A DNA stretch of 64,000 nucleotides, from contig NW_026250403.1 of the NCBI RefSeq assembly GCF_024521635.1, positions 62,001-126,000 of the forward strand, read 5' to 3'. Source of the DNA: Tricharina praecox. Its lineage: Eukaryota. This document shows positions 49,682 through 60,317 of the stretch, in pieces (positions within the stretch are counted from its first letter, which is position 1; each line of letters opens with the position of its first letter). A model generated the notes under the pieces. It saw nothing but the letters and a program-made list of their open reading frames with translations, had not been told where the DNA came from and made no database searches. A program made the translations under genes and the position numbers.

Positions 49682-51628
49682 ATGCCGCGGTCTTTCGTCG
49701 CAGCGGCCTCGCTCTTCATCCTTCTCCTGATCTCGCCAGCATTCTCCAGAACAGTAACGTATGACTGGAACATAACCTGGACGACAGCCAACCCGGACGG
49801 ACGGTTCGACCGGGCGACCATCGGCATCAACGGTAAATGGCCGATCCCAACGATCGAGGTGGACAAGGGCGACCGCGTGGTCATCAACATGTACAACGGA
49901 CTCGGCGATCAGAGTACCAGTCTTCATTTCCACGGACTCTTTCAGAATGGCACTTCGTTCATGGACGGCCCCGCCACCGTCACGCAATGTCCTGTTCCGC
50001 CAGGCCACAGCTTCGTCTACAACTTCACCGTATGTTTATCTGTCGCCGCCGCGAGCATGGCAGAGGTATTGACCTGGAGATGCAGATCGACCAGCCGGGC
50101 ACGTACTGGTACCACTCGCACCATGCCGGGCAGTATCCCGACGGCCTCCGCGGGCCGTTGATAGTGCACGATCCCGAGGACCCGCACAGAGACGCCTACG
50201 ATTCCGAAATTGTCTTGACACTTTCGGATTGGTACCACGAGCAGATGCCAGCGCTGATCAAACGCTTCATCGCCTACACAAATCCGACTGGCGCCGAGCC
50301 GGTGCCCGAGGCCGCGCTCATCAACGACGCCCAGAACGTTACCGTGTCCGTCGAGCCAGATAAGACTTATCTGCTGCGCATCGTGAACATGGCCGCGTTC
50401 GCGGCACAGTATATATGGTTTGAGGATCACACCATGAGTGTCGTCGAAGTCGATGGTGTATACACGCACCCCATGGAGGCGCAGATGCTGTACCTTACTG
50501 CCGCGCAGAGGGTGAGCGTGTTGATCACAACCAAGAACGAGACCACGACGAATTATGCGTTCATGGGGAGTATGGACGAGGTATACTTCCCCCTCCCACC
50601 GTTCCTCTTAGAACAGGAATCTGATCCTTCCACCACAGGACCTTTTCGATGAGGTCCCACCGGGCCTGAATCCCAACGTCACTGGCTGGCTAGTGTACAA
50701 CGCCTCAGCCGACAAACCCGCCGCAAAGGAAATCGCCGAATTCACTCCACTGGACGATTTCCTTCTTGTGCCAGTGGACGGCCACGAGCTTCTGCCCGCC
50801 GCCGACCACACGATCACGCTGAACGTGACGATGAACAACCTCCTCGACGGCGCGAACTACGCCTTCTTCAACGACGTCACCTACGTGCGGCCCAAGGTGC
50901 CCACGCTGTACACCGCGATAACCACGGGCGAATTCGCGACCAACCCCGCCGTCTACGGCGTCAACGCGCACGCCTTCGTGCTGAACCACATGGACGTCGT
51001 CGATATCGTGCTCAACAACATGGACCCGGGGAAACACCCGTTTCATCTGCACGGACACAATTTCCAGACTATCCATCGCAGCGAGGAGGAGGCGGGGTCC
51101 TACAATCCCAACGCGGAGAATCCTACCCCGCCAAAAGTCCCCATGCGCAGAGATGTCGTCCTCGCTCCGCCGAATGGGAACGTCGTTATCCGCTTCCGTG
51201 CCGACAACCCCGGGATATGGCTGTACCATTGCCACCTCGTACCTCACCCCCCTCCCCTCCTCTCCACCCACTAACCCATACAGGAATGGCACCTCGCCTC
51301 GGGCCTCGTGGCGACGATGATCGAAGCGCCCTTGCAGTTACAAGGCAACACCACGATTCCAGCCGACCACCTCTCGGTCTGCGCCGCGCAGGGCATAGCC
51401 ACCGCTGGTAACGCGGCCGGCAACACGAAGGACTTCCTGGACCTTAAGGGCGCAAATGTTAGTCCCGAACCGCTGCCCGAGGGGTTCACGCCAAGGGGAA
51501 TTGTCGCGTTCACGGGGACTATTCTTTCCGCATTGCTGGGGTGCGCGGTTATTGTGTGGTATGGGATGGCGGATATTCCCTCGACCGCCGTTGCAGCCGC
51601 GGGAGGGCTGGTGGGTGCAGCGAAATAG
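49682..51628 (+). CDS. fet3: Multicopper ferroxidase; introns 50030-50085, 50581-50638, 51239-51283
   Basis: Signal peptide, [36 protein letters not shown] and a C-terminal TM helix. Divergent from ftr1. Confidence 0.97.
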
Positions 51629-51917
51629 TGGGGGTTCATTGTCATTTTTCTGTCTTCGTGAGGTACCTGATACCTGTATTGTTGAGCTTGGGCCTTGGGT
51701 CACGTTTTTGGTCATTCTGTTTATTCGAAAACTTGTAAGCACAGTCCACTCTTGAGAAACGATGTGATATCCCATGAAGGAGACGACGGCTGTGCGTGCT
51801 GCGCCTTGTATGCCAAATACATCGATGATCTCTCGTTATATGTACGACTACTGAGGATATACACTCAAGTACATGCCCACCTAGGGAAGTAAGTGCTCGG
51901 GTAAGTAGAGTAAATAC

Positions 51918-52535
51918 CAGGGCACTTCCTGCTCCGAGTCCAGCCAGTACTCCCGATATACAGTCCAATCCAGTCCAGTCCAGTCCATAAAATTGAAGGG
52001 TAGTGTGGAGGTAGTCAGTCATTCCGTCCAAAGTTTGACCGGCACGGACTGCAGTAGACGCCGGTCGACTGCGACTTTGGCACTCTCTGAAACCAGCCGA
52101 TTAGAATCCCACAGAATTCTGGGGCCCGAGTCGAACCATGTGCAGTTCCTGGCCGATTAGAACCTGGCCCCACCGGGCCGGATCCTTTACATACCGGTAG
52201 CTAGAAGAAACATCACCGGGTCCGCAATTCCTTCACTGCAACATTTCACTGCAACTCTGCACAATTGTCAATCCATCCTTCCATCCTTCCACTCGTGGCC
52301 CGCGTTTGCAAACAACACTCTTGTCTTGTATCCTTCCTTCCACCGGTGCAACTATACGACTGCGGTCCGTCCAGTCCTCCTACCAGCCGTTCAGACTGCC
52401 CAGTCCAAGTCTAAGCCTCAAGATCTGATGAACTAAAAGGAGCAGTCCAGTCCGACTAATGCCGAAAAATGGACTGGACGCAGTGGACTGGACTGGACTA
52501 TCGGAGGTACTGGCTCCAGCCTTCAGAGTGCTTTG
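51918..52535. mobile_element. Degenerate non-autonomous DNA transposon (MITE-like)
   Basis: Imperfect inverted arms: AGCCAGTACTCCCGATA...(CAGTC)n at 51942-51988 versus (GGACT)n...TATCGGAGGTACTGGCT at ~52470-52515. Internal CAGTCC copies. No ORF, and no TSD found. Confidence 0.55.
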
Positions 52536-53020
52536 CTTGTATCATGTAGGTGCATCAAGTATGTGCTCTATACTCTAGTATTAAGTAGTTCTTAAGCCCG
52601 AGCCCTGAATGCTCGAGGGATCACTCGCCGCCTGTGGACTGGGGAGAGTATGACAGGGGGTAGCTGCAGCCCATAGAAAGCGGTTAGAGCCATTTGCCCC
52701 ACCTTCAGCTGAGCTTTCCGGGGGGCCAACAAGGCGCGACAACGTTGACAGCTCACCAGCAACCACCCGCCCGCGTCTTGTCATCTCAGCTCCTTCCTTG
52801 TATGTGGCTGGAAACACCTGGGCAGTGCATGCCCTACTCTGCAACAGCCACAGTGAGGGAGTTACTGAGGTAACCGAGTCAGGCCTCACCTGGATGGTTG
52901 AACAGTGGAGACGGACGGCGTGACTGCAGATAAACCCCCCGACCCTCGCCCCGCTCGATTCCTTCTCCACTCCAACACACTCCACGGCGAAGAAAATATA
53001 GCCAGATAGAAAGTTGCACC

Positions 53021-54861
53021 ATGGCCTCAACCGACAACCTGGAAGAGTCTCTCGAGCGCGAACTCACCTGCTCCGTCCGTCTCTCCTTCCCGCACACCTG
53101 TACCGTCCCGCACATCGCTTCGCTAACCACGTCCCACAGATTTGCACCGACCTCCTCTTCGACCCGATCACGTACCTCGACTGCCTCCACACGAACTGCG
53201 GCGCGTGCTCGCGGAGCTGGTTCAGCTCGCAAGCAACCGGCCGCAATCCCCGGCCCACATGTCCGATCTGCCGCGAACCCGTGCGCGAAACCCGCCCCAG
53301 CGTCGCGTTCGCGAATCTGCTCGAGAACTACCTCAGCAGGAACCCGGAGAAGCGGCGGTCGAAGGAGGAGGTTGATGTTGCGCGGGGGATGCATAAACCC
53401 GGGGATAAGGTGGTGACGGAGGGCGTTGTTGTTACCACGTCGGGAGCAGCAGCGGCGGCGGCACCAACACATCAGCCGAGATTTACATCGCCACCGATGC
53501 CGCCAACTCCTCCTCGTCCAAATGCGGGATCTTCGGATTGGGCATTGAACCAACCCTCGGCCCGGGGCCCGGAGATACCACGGCCCGCTCCCCCACCGCA
53601 CTGGGGCTTCTCCCCGAGCACCTGGGCAAGGCAACGGCTTCCATCCACTAATCCCGACCTCTCGGACATAGCCATCAGCTTCGGCGCACTTTCCCTCAAC
53701 CCGGCAGTCTCCCACTTCCTTTCGCAAGAGGGCCAACAGAGTCAACAGGGCCAGATGAGCCCGGTGGGCCAGCAGAGCAGGATGGACCAACAGCACCAGA
53801 TGGACCAGCACAGCATTATGGCCAATCTCCGACCGCGCCCCTCGGGGGAAGCACACTGGGCCCGCCGTGTCCCGGGTGCGGCCAACACCGTCGCGGAAGT
53901 CATCTCCTCGACCGGGTGTCGCGCGCGTATCGCCTGCGACTCCTGCTCGAAAATCATGGACACAGCGCTCCACTACGAGTGCAACAGCTGCCAGCCCTAC
54001 CACCTCTGTTCCTTCTGCTACAACCGCGGCAAGCGGTGTCCAGCACGGCACGCAATGCAGCCACAGAAGCAGGTGATCGCCGGCGCAATCCCGCACCTCG
54101 AAGTCGGCCTATTCTGCAGCATCTGCGACGAGTGGCTCGACGAGCCGCGGAACACGCGGACGGAGAACATCGCCCACTCCTTCTTCTGGGTGTGCAACGG
54201 CGACTGCAACGACGGAGACTGGCACTACTGCCTCCGCTGCGTCCGCCGCGGGAACTGCTGCGACCACGAACTCTGCCTCTACACCAACAACTGCCCCACC
54301 GAGAGCACAACATCCATCGTCCGCGGGAACGCCGACAACGCGAACAGCAACCGCACGCTGGAGCAGCGGGGGTACGCCCGGTGGCGCGAGCACACCGCGC
54401 GCTGCGACATCTGCCACCGGAATGTACTCGACCGCCCGGCCTCCGCATGGTTCCACTGCACCGAGTGCGCAGACGGACAATACGACGCGTGCACCAACTG
54501 CGTCGAGAACCGCGGCGACATCCTGCCGGGGTACGGACTGTGTCAGCGCGGGCACAACATGCACATCCTGACGCTCGGCGACTCCGGGCCCGGCGCGGTC
54601 CGCATCCTGGATCGGCCGGAGCACCCGCCGCCGGAAATATGCGATGTCGCTGCGGGCGAACCCCGTACCGCTGTCGCTATCGAGCCGAATTGGTCTGACG
54701 CGGGGGAGGAGCTGCAGTTTCCGGCGGGCGCGGAGATCCGCGGTACGAGGATTGCGTTCGAGGCGCCCGGTGAGACACCGGGTCGCATGGCTGAGTGGTA
54801 TTGGGGCACCTATTGTGGTAGGGGCGGGATGTTTGAGGGGAGTACGGTCATTTTCACATGA
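53021..54861 (+). CDS. RING (C3HC4) + about three ZZ-type zinc fingers + C-terminal SH3-like domain; probable E3 ubiquitin ligase; intron 53075-53139
   Basis: LERELTCS/IC...CLHTNCGAC...CPICR. ZZ-like CDSC..YECNSC..LCSFC, CSIC..C.GDC..YCLRC and CDIC..FHCTEC..YDACTNC. ELQFPAGAEI...WYWGTY.G..GMF at the C-terminus. Confidence 0.9.
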
Positions 54862-55101
54862 TCGGCGGGTGGCATGCGGGAAGTTGGGGCGGGCGTGAAT
54901 TTGTATTGGTGCCTGGTGTCGGGATCTTTGTTGATTTCTTCTTTGCTTTTCTGTTTGTTTTGGGATTGGACGGATTGGGGCATACCACCAGTTTGATTTT
55001 CTTGTTTGTTTGACGACGACGATGATCGATATCCAGAAGTTGATGCATCACACCGCCCCCTAAATCGAAGGGGTGCGGTGAGTTCAGAGTACCTAGAACT
55101 C

Positions 55102-55260
55102 TACATTGACGCAATCCTTTTTCCCCACGGGGTAAAAACTCAAGAGTACTGAGTACATTGACGCAATCCCACTGTGCTTATGACGATGACGATGGCTGCT
55201 CCGCGGCCTGTGTGTGCCACCCACCAACCACGACGTCACCTATTCCCTCGTTGTATAAAA
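55102..55260 (+). promoter_or_regulatory. Duplicated 16-bp element with bZIP-like core, CRE-like site and TATA box
   Basis: TACATTGACGCAATCC at 55102 and 55154, GACGTCA at 55232, TATAAAA at 55254. Confidence 0.55.
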
Positions 55261-55379
55261 ATCCGCCTCAAGCCCACTGCCCTCTATATCCATTCCTCTA
55301 TTTCACATACACTGTATCGCCACATATCTTCCACACTCCATTCCAACCCAACCCCAATCCAAACAAGCAGAACAAAAGA

Positions 55380-55721
55380 ATGGACCGCCCAATCGAGCAC
55401 TCGCACATATCCGCGCGCGGCAGCGGCGTGGATCAGCCCGCTCCGCACGCGAAGGAAGGGTACCGTACGCGCAAGAGCGACGGGCAGGAGGACTATCTTG
55501 CCGAGGCCTCGGGGCTCCCGGGTGTCGATATGCCGAATCGCGGGCACGGCGACGAGAAGATGGCGGGAAATAAGAGTGGTGATGGTGGTGGAGCGGCGAT
55601 GGACATGGGAAAGGGCATGAGTGGTGGGGGCATGGGAAAGGGCATGGGCATGGGCATGGGAGGGGTGGAGGGGAAGATGGGAGGAATGGATACGGGGAGG
55701 GGGATGGGGAAGGGAGAGTGA
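55380..55721 (+). CDS. Small hydrophilic Gly/Met-rich protein (113 aa), hydrophilin-like
   Basis: A-rich start context (aacaaaagaATG), TATA 125 nt upstream, GC3-biased codons. Confidence 0.7.
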   Translation: MDRPIEHSHISARGSGVDQPAPHAKEGYRTRKSDGQEDYLAEASGLPGVDMPNRGHGDEKMAGNKSGDGGGAAMDMGKGMSGGGMGKGMGMGMGGVEGKMGGMDTGRGMGKGE

Positions 55722-56066
55722 TGTGGCAGGACGCAGTCGGAGTGAGGAGCTTATGGTACTACATGTATGTAGGATTTGTAAAGGTGTAAATTGTAATGAA
55801 CTCCGAGCTCCGGCTCCATGAACTATGAACTACAAAAACCGCCTTGATCATTGCTTTGACCATCACACTTCCTTCCCGTCCTTTTTCCAGCCCTTGAAAA
55901 CACGCACGCACGCAAACACTAATTCTTAATCCATCATTCATCCAGCATGACACAAACACAGCAAAAGAAACAACGAACCACGCGGGATATCAGTATCCAC
56001 AATGACAACGGTGGAAGATGAAGAGTAAAAGAAAAATGAAGATGTGATGACATGCAACGAGATAAA

Positions 56067-58376
56067 CTATATCAAAACACTTCCCTCGGTCTCAGTCTCC
56101 GTCTCTGCCTGTGCCTCCTCTATTGCTGTTGCTGCTTCGGCCGAATCAGCAGCCACAGCAGCCGCAGCAGCCGCAGCAGCCGCAGCAGCAGCTGTAGCCG
56201 TCGCAGCACCAGCAGCCACCTCTCGAGTCCTCTGATCCTCATGCAAACACATCAGCACAAATTGGTCCACCATCTTCCTCTCCCTCGGGCGAGTCTCCTC
56301 GTCGAAGCACTCATTCCTCTCCCAAGTGACTTCCGCCATAGTTCTGCCGAGCCATTTGCACAGCACCATCGCATCGTCGTCTGCGCCGTCCTCGTTCGGT
56401 GGCGGAGGATGCCACGAATCCGCTCCCTCCGACCCAGGTTTGACGGCGAGCACTCGCTCGAGAATCCATTCCGACACGCCGACTTTGATGTATGAGTCTG
56501 GGATCTCGTCACATCCTGGTTGGTCTGAGGTGGTGGTGGTGGAGAAGGGGAAAGATATATGTGCGTCTTTAAGCTGCTCGCGCGCGGCGAACTCTTCGAG
56601 CATGGCGGGGTAGATCTGTGGGTGTTGCTCGGAGAGGGCGGCACGGGTGAACCATCTTGCGGGTTCCGAGGGATCCTCGAATGCGATTTGATAAAGTTCG
56701 ACGGATCCACGCATTACTCTGCGTTGTTGGAGGATGGAGGTTGGGCGCGGTTCACAGGGAAGCGGCTTGGTTGGCCAGCAGCCGGGACAATAATAGTTGT
56801 CGATGCAAACCTTGCAGGAGCAACTCTTCTTCTGCGCCCCAGAGGTTGCAATGTTTCTTCCTCCGTCGCCGGCGGATATGGTGCTCTCGCTGCCGTCATC
56901 GTCTTCCTCGGCACTGCTCGGGACCGGGCTTGACGCTGACGACAGTTGCTGCGCGTTGGCATTGTTGTTGGCGAATGAAGTGCGGCAAGTCCCACAGATT
57001 TCCGTGCCGCAGCCGAGACAATCTTTCATCTGTGCGCGTCCGTTCTCGGGCTCTCCGCATCCAGAATCACGATTCTCGGCGGAGGAAAAGCAAAAGACTC
57101 GGTTGCAGCCTCCCTCGCACCGTCGGCATCGCTCGAGTTCGTGTTTGATGCATAACGGCTTGTCGCAGAGTGAGCATGCCGCGCGGCCCGTCTGAGCGTA
57201 GCACGGAGCGCAGAGGTTGTCCGCGTGCGTTCCCAATGCTATTCGGCAACATGGTGTCAGTAGTTTGGAGCGGATCGCGCATGGTTCGGCCTCGAACGGG
57301 TCGTCCTGGTCTCCAGTGTTGAGCGGTTGCGGGTTCGCTCCGACCAGCCCCATCGCGACCCAATGTGCCGGTGACGCGGCTGCCGGGATAGCAGTGGCCG
57401 CGGCACTCGCCGACTGAGCGGCCTGGTTGACTGCCTGTCCCAGAGCTGCCCGTGATATGTAGGCGCAATTGTGGCAGAGCGGCTTCTCGCACGAGCTGCA
57501 GGTCATCTGGTGCACGCAGGCCTCGCATCGATCGGGAATCTCGGCGTCGCAGCTCCAACACACCAGGCCCTGCCCGTAGCCCTGCTCACGGGTCCTTCGA
57601 CGCACATGCTCCACCTCCGAAAGCGACTCGTTGTCGTCCAGCACGGTCCATCGCTTGTCGAACGGCACACAGAAGTTCTCTTTTCCTCGTCGCAAGATTT
57701 CTCGTCTGCGGGGACACCGCAGCTTCGGGGTCGGACAGAGGCCAAGATCCACCCAGATGCCAAGGCTAGCTGCGAGTGTAGTGAGATACCGACTCGGTTC
57801 GTCTCCATCGGCCGGTTTGCGGTCGATCAGGAAGGGCTTGCGCCGTACGCCACGAGCTTTGTAGACGTAAAGTGATTTCAGCGCGGGGGTTTGCTTCTCG
57901 CCGTTGTGGTCGCCGAGAGGAAGAATGGATGACTGGTAGACAAAATGCGGAACAATGTGGTGCTTTATCGAAACCTTACGACATCCCCGGACCGAGAGAT
58001 GTTCAAGCGTCTGTGAGCACCGGTCCAAGATCTTGTTGAACAGGAACGAGCCGGATACTGCCGTCCAGTCGAGCGTCAAAGACACGATACGGCCATCAAC
58101 GGGGAGGCATTGCAGTAGTCGGTCGAGATTGTAGACGGTGCCCAGGGGGTACGAGTCAAAGTTGGCCGACTCGAAGACCGACAGTCGGAAGTCGAGGTGC
58201 GCGAAGAATCTTGGGTAGTGATGGAGGAGCTGGCGTAGCGATCTAGACGATTGCGAAAGCGCGAGCTTGCTCGAGGTCGGCAGATGGGACACGAGACATT
58301 CGAGGATGGGGGTGTAGATTGATAGGAGGGCCTCCAGCGGACAGAGGTGTTGCTGTGGCGTCAGGGCGAGGGCCAT
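56067..58376 (-). CDS. F-box-like + LRR-like + Cys-rich protein with C-terminal chromodomain(s), intronless, 769 aa
   Basis: PILECLVSHLP....LALSQSSRSLR (F-box-like), LEHLSVRGCRKVS (LRR-like), many CxxC pairs, and WILERVL...LCKWLG....VTWE (chromo). Confidence 0.85.
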   Translation of the reverse strand: MALALTPQQHLCPLEALLSIYTPILECLVSHLPTSSKLALSQSSRSLRQLLHHYPRFFAHLDFRLSVFESANFDSYPLGTVYNLDRLLQCLPVDGRIVSLTLDWTAVSGSFLFNKILDRCSQTLEHLSVRGCRKVSIKHHIVPHFVYQSSILPLGDHNGEKQTPALKSLYVYKARGVRRKPFLIDRKPADGDEPSRYLTTLAASLGIWVDLGLCPTPKLRCPRRREILRRGKENFCVPFDKRWTVLDDNESLSEVEHVRRRTREQGYGQGLVCWSCDAEIPDRCEACVHQMTCSSCEKPLCHNCAYISRAALGQAVNQAAQSASAAATAIPAAASPAHWVAMGLVGANPQPLNTGDQDDPFEAEPCAIRSKLLTPCCRIALGTHADNLCAPCYAQTGRAACSLCDKPLCIKHELERCRRCEGGCNRVFCFSSAENRDSGCGEPENGRAQMKDCLGCGTEICGTCRTSFANNNANAQQLSSASSPVPSSAEEDDDGSESTISAGDGGRNIATSGAQKKSCSCKVCIDNYYCPGCWPTKPLPCEPRPTSILQQRRVMRGSVELYQIAFEDPSEPARWFTRAALSEQHPQIYPAMLEEFAAREQLKDAHISFPFSTTTTSDQPGCDEIPDSYIKVGVSEWILERVLAVKPGSEGADSWHPPPPNEDGADDDAMVLCKWLGRTMAEVTWERNECFDEETRPRERKMVDQFVLMCLHEDQRTREVAAGAATATAAAAAAAAAAAAVAADSAEAATAIEEAQAETETETEGSVLI

Positions 58377-60317
58377 TATATGGGGGGAGATGTTCGTTGC
58401 GGCGGGGAGGTGGCGACGGTGTCTGAGGGGGGAGATGGTAACCTTGAAGACGGAGTCAGTTGCGATAGCGGAGGGAGGAGGGGGGAGGTGGACGAGCGGT
58501 TGGCATGGGGTATCATGTACGAGAAGCAGTAGGTAGGGTAGGAGAGGTAACTACGAGATTCGATGGAGGCGAATACGTACCGCAGCGCGATGGGGCGCCT
58601 GAATTGGAGATCGTTGAACAGCGGATAAACGAGGCTAGAATGCAAAGACGACGGACGACGACAACAACGATAACGACAACGACGACAACGATGATGATCA
58701 CGGAGCCACTCGGAAAACGGAGGTGATGGAACGAGGAGGAGAAGAGAAGGCGAACGCTGGCCACACGAGCAAAGGCGGACGATGGAGGAGCTGTCTTGGA
58801 GCAATGTGTGATGTGTCGAAGATCCGTCCGAGGCGATGATGGGGGATGATGGTGGAGTGGATGGTGTTGGGTGTGTCGAGCCCATGTGCAGTGAGGATGT
58901 ACGTACTTAGGTAAGTCAGTACAGTAGGCATGTAGGCCCGCACTCGAGCACCCGTATTGTGTGTGTATCTGAGCTGTTCGTTCGTTCGTGCGTTCGCGGC
59001 TTTCGCTGCTTGCCAGCTGCTACCTGCCTTGCATGCCGTGCAACATCACAAGACAATAGTCGGCAACTATCTCACCACCATCACGAGTTATGGTCTTTGG
59101 CCACCGACCAGCTTCGCGTTGAAGCGGGTAGATAGCGCAGGCCAGGCACGAGCAGATACCGTATCTCCCGGTGCCGTATACGTTCCACCCCAGCAAGAGA
59201 ATGCCGGCCAGGGAAAGAAGGGCACCAAGAAGCCGCCTCCGCACTGCAATGCCGCTCCGCCCCCGGCGGACCATGCCAAGGAAGTGTAAACTATCTTTCG
59301 GGGGGAACAATCTCGGCGAATATCTATGGTTCCAACATCGCCATACATAGAGTACCTTCAGAGCTCGTCAGCAACCACCCCCACCATCCAGCCCCAAACA
59401 CACCGACGATCCCGCACCGGAACTGGTCTTGCATTACACTACGCTGCGTTACACTCTTCCTCGCTTCGTGTTTCCCCCTCCGATCATCATTATTCTCGAG
59501 CTCCGTTTTCCTTACTCTGCCTAGAGTACAGCAGCTCCCTGGTGCGCGATCTTGCAGGGATGCGCGCGTGCAAGTGGAGTTTCGCCACAGAGCGCAAAAA
59601 AGTCTCTCGCAGAGTACCGGTAACTAGGAAGAGCACAACTCGGGAACGATTCCGCGCGAATCAAATCTGTGTCCGGGTCCAGTCGTATTCGGCTTCCGTA
59701 CAGTAGAGTACAAAGCAGTAACCACGAGATTCGAGAGGTCAGAACTCAGAAGTGTTCGGTAGGATAGCAGAGTATGCTGGGCACTCAATTCTATGTAACC
59801 GTGTACGCGTCGCAACCTCTTCCGGGATTGGAGTTGGAATGTTTACTATAACTTTGGTTTTCTACTATACATAGCTAATTTGGCCGATTACTCTATGGTC
59901 AGAGCAGGTCGGACCAGACCAGCGGCGATCTCCTCGTTCATTTGATATCACTCGCTGCTCATTGACATCTGCAGCTGTATGGATTCTATGCCCTATAGGT
60001 GTTAAAGGTTGGGAAGGAGACGGAAAGAAGGAAAGAGAGGTGGTAGATAGCGGAGTTGTTCGCCGATGAGCGGTGCAGCGAGGCAATCCTACAATTTTTA
60101 GGAACGACGGATGTGGGGAGGAAAGCTCCACCAGATCTGGAGGAGGAGGATGAGGAAGAGGCAAGCATCGCATCGGGGCAGAGCAAGAGTACCCAGCAGG
60201 GTACTGTGTCTGCGGCCGGTGCGAGGAAGTAGGAAATGAGGATATGCGGTGGTATTTTCTTGGTGCGATTTCCTTTGTTATTTGTTTGGCAGGCAGCGGT
60301 GCCACATCGTGCTGGCT

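Noticed and set aside
52879-54809. Long antisense/alternate-frame ORFs over the RING gene (likewise 8266-9210, 62191-62901 and those over fet3 and the HDO)
   Set aside because: Shadow ORFs caused by high GC3 in the real coding strand.
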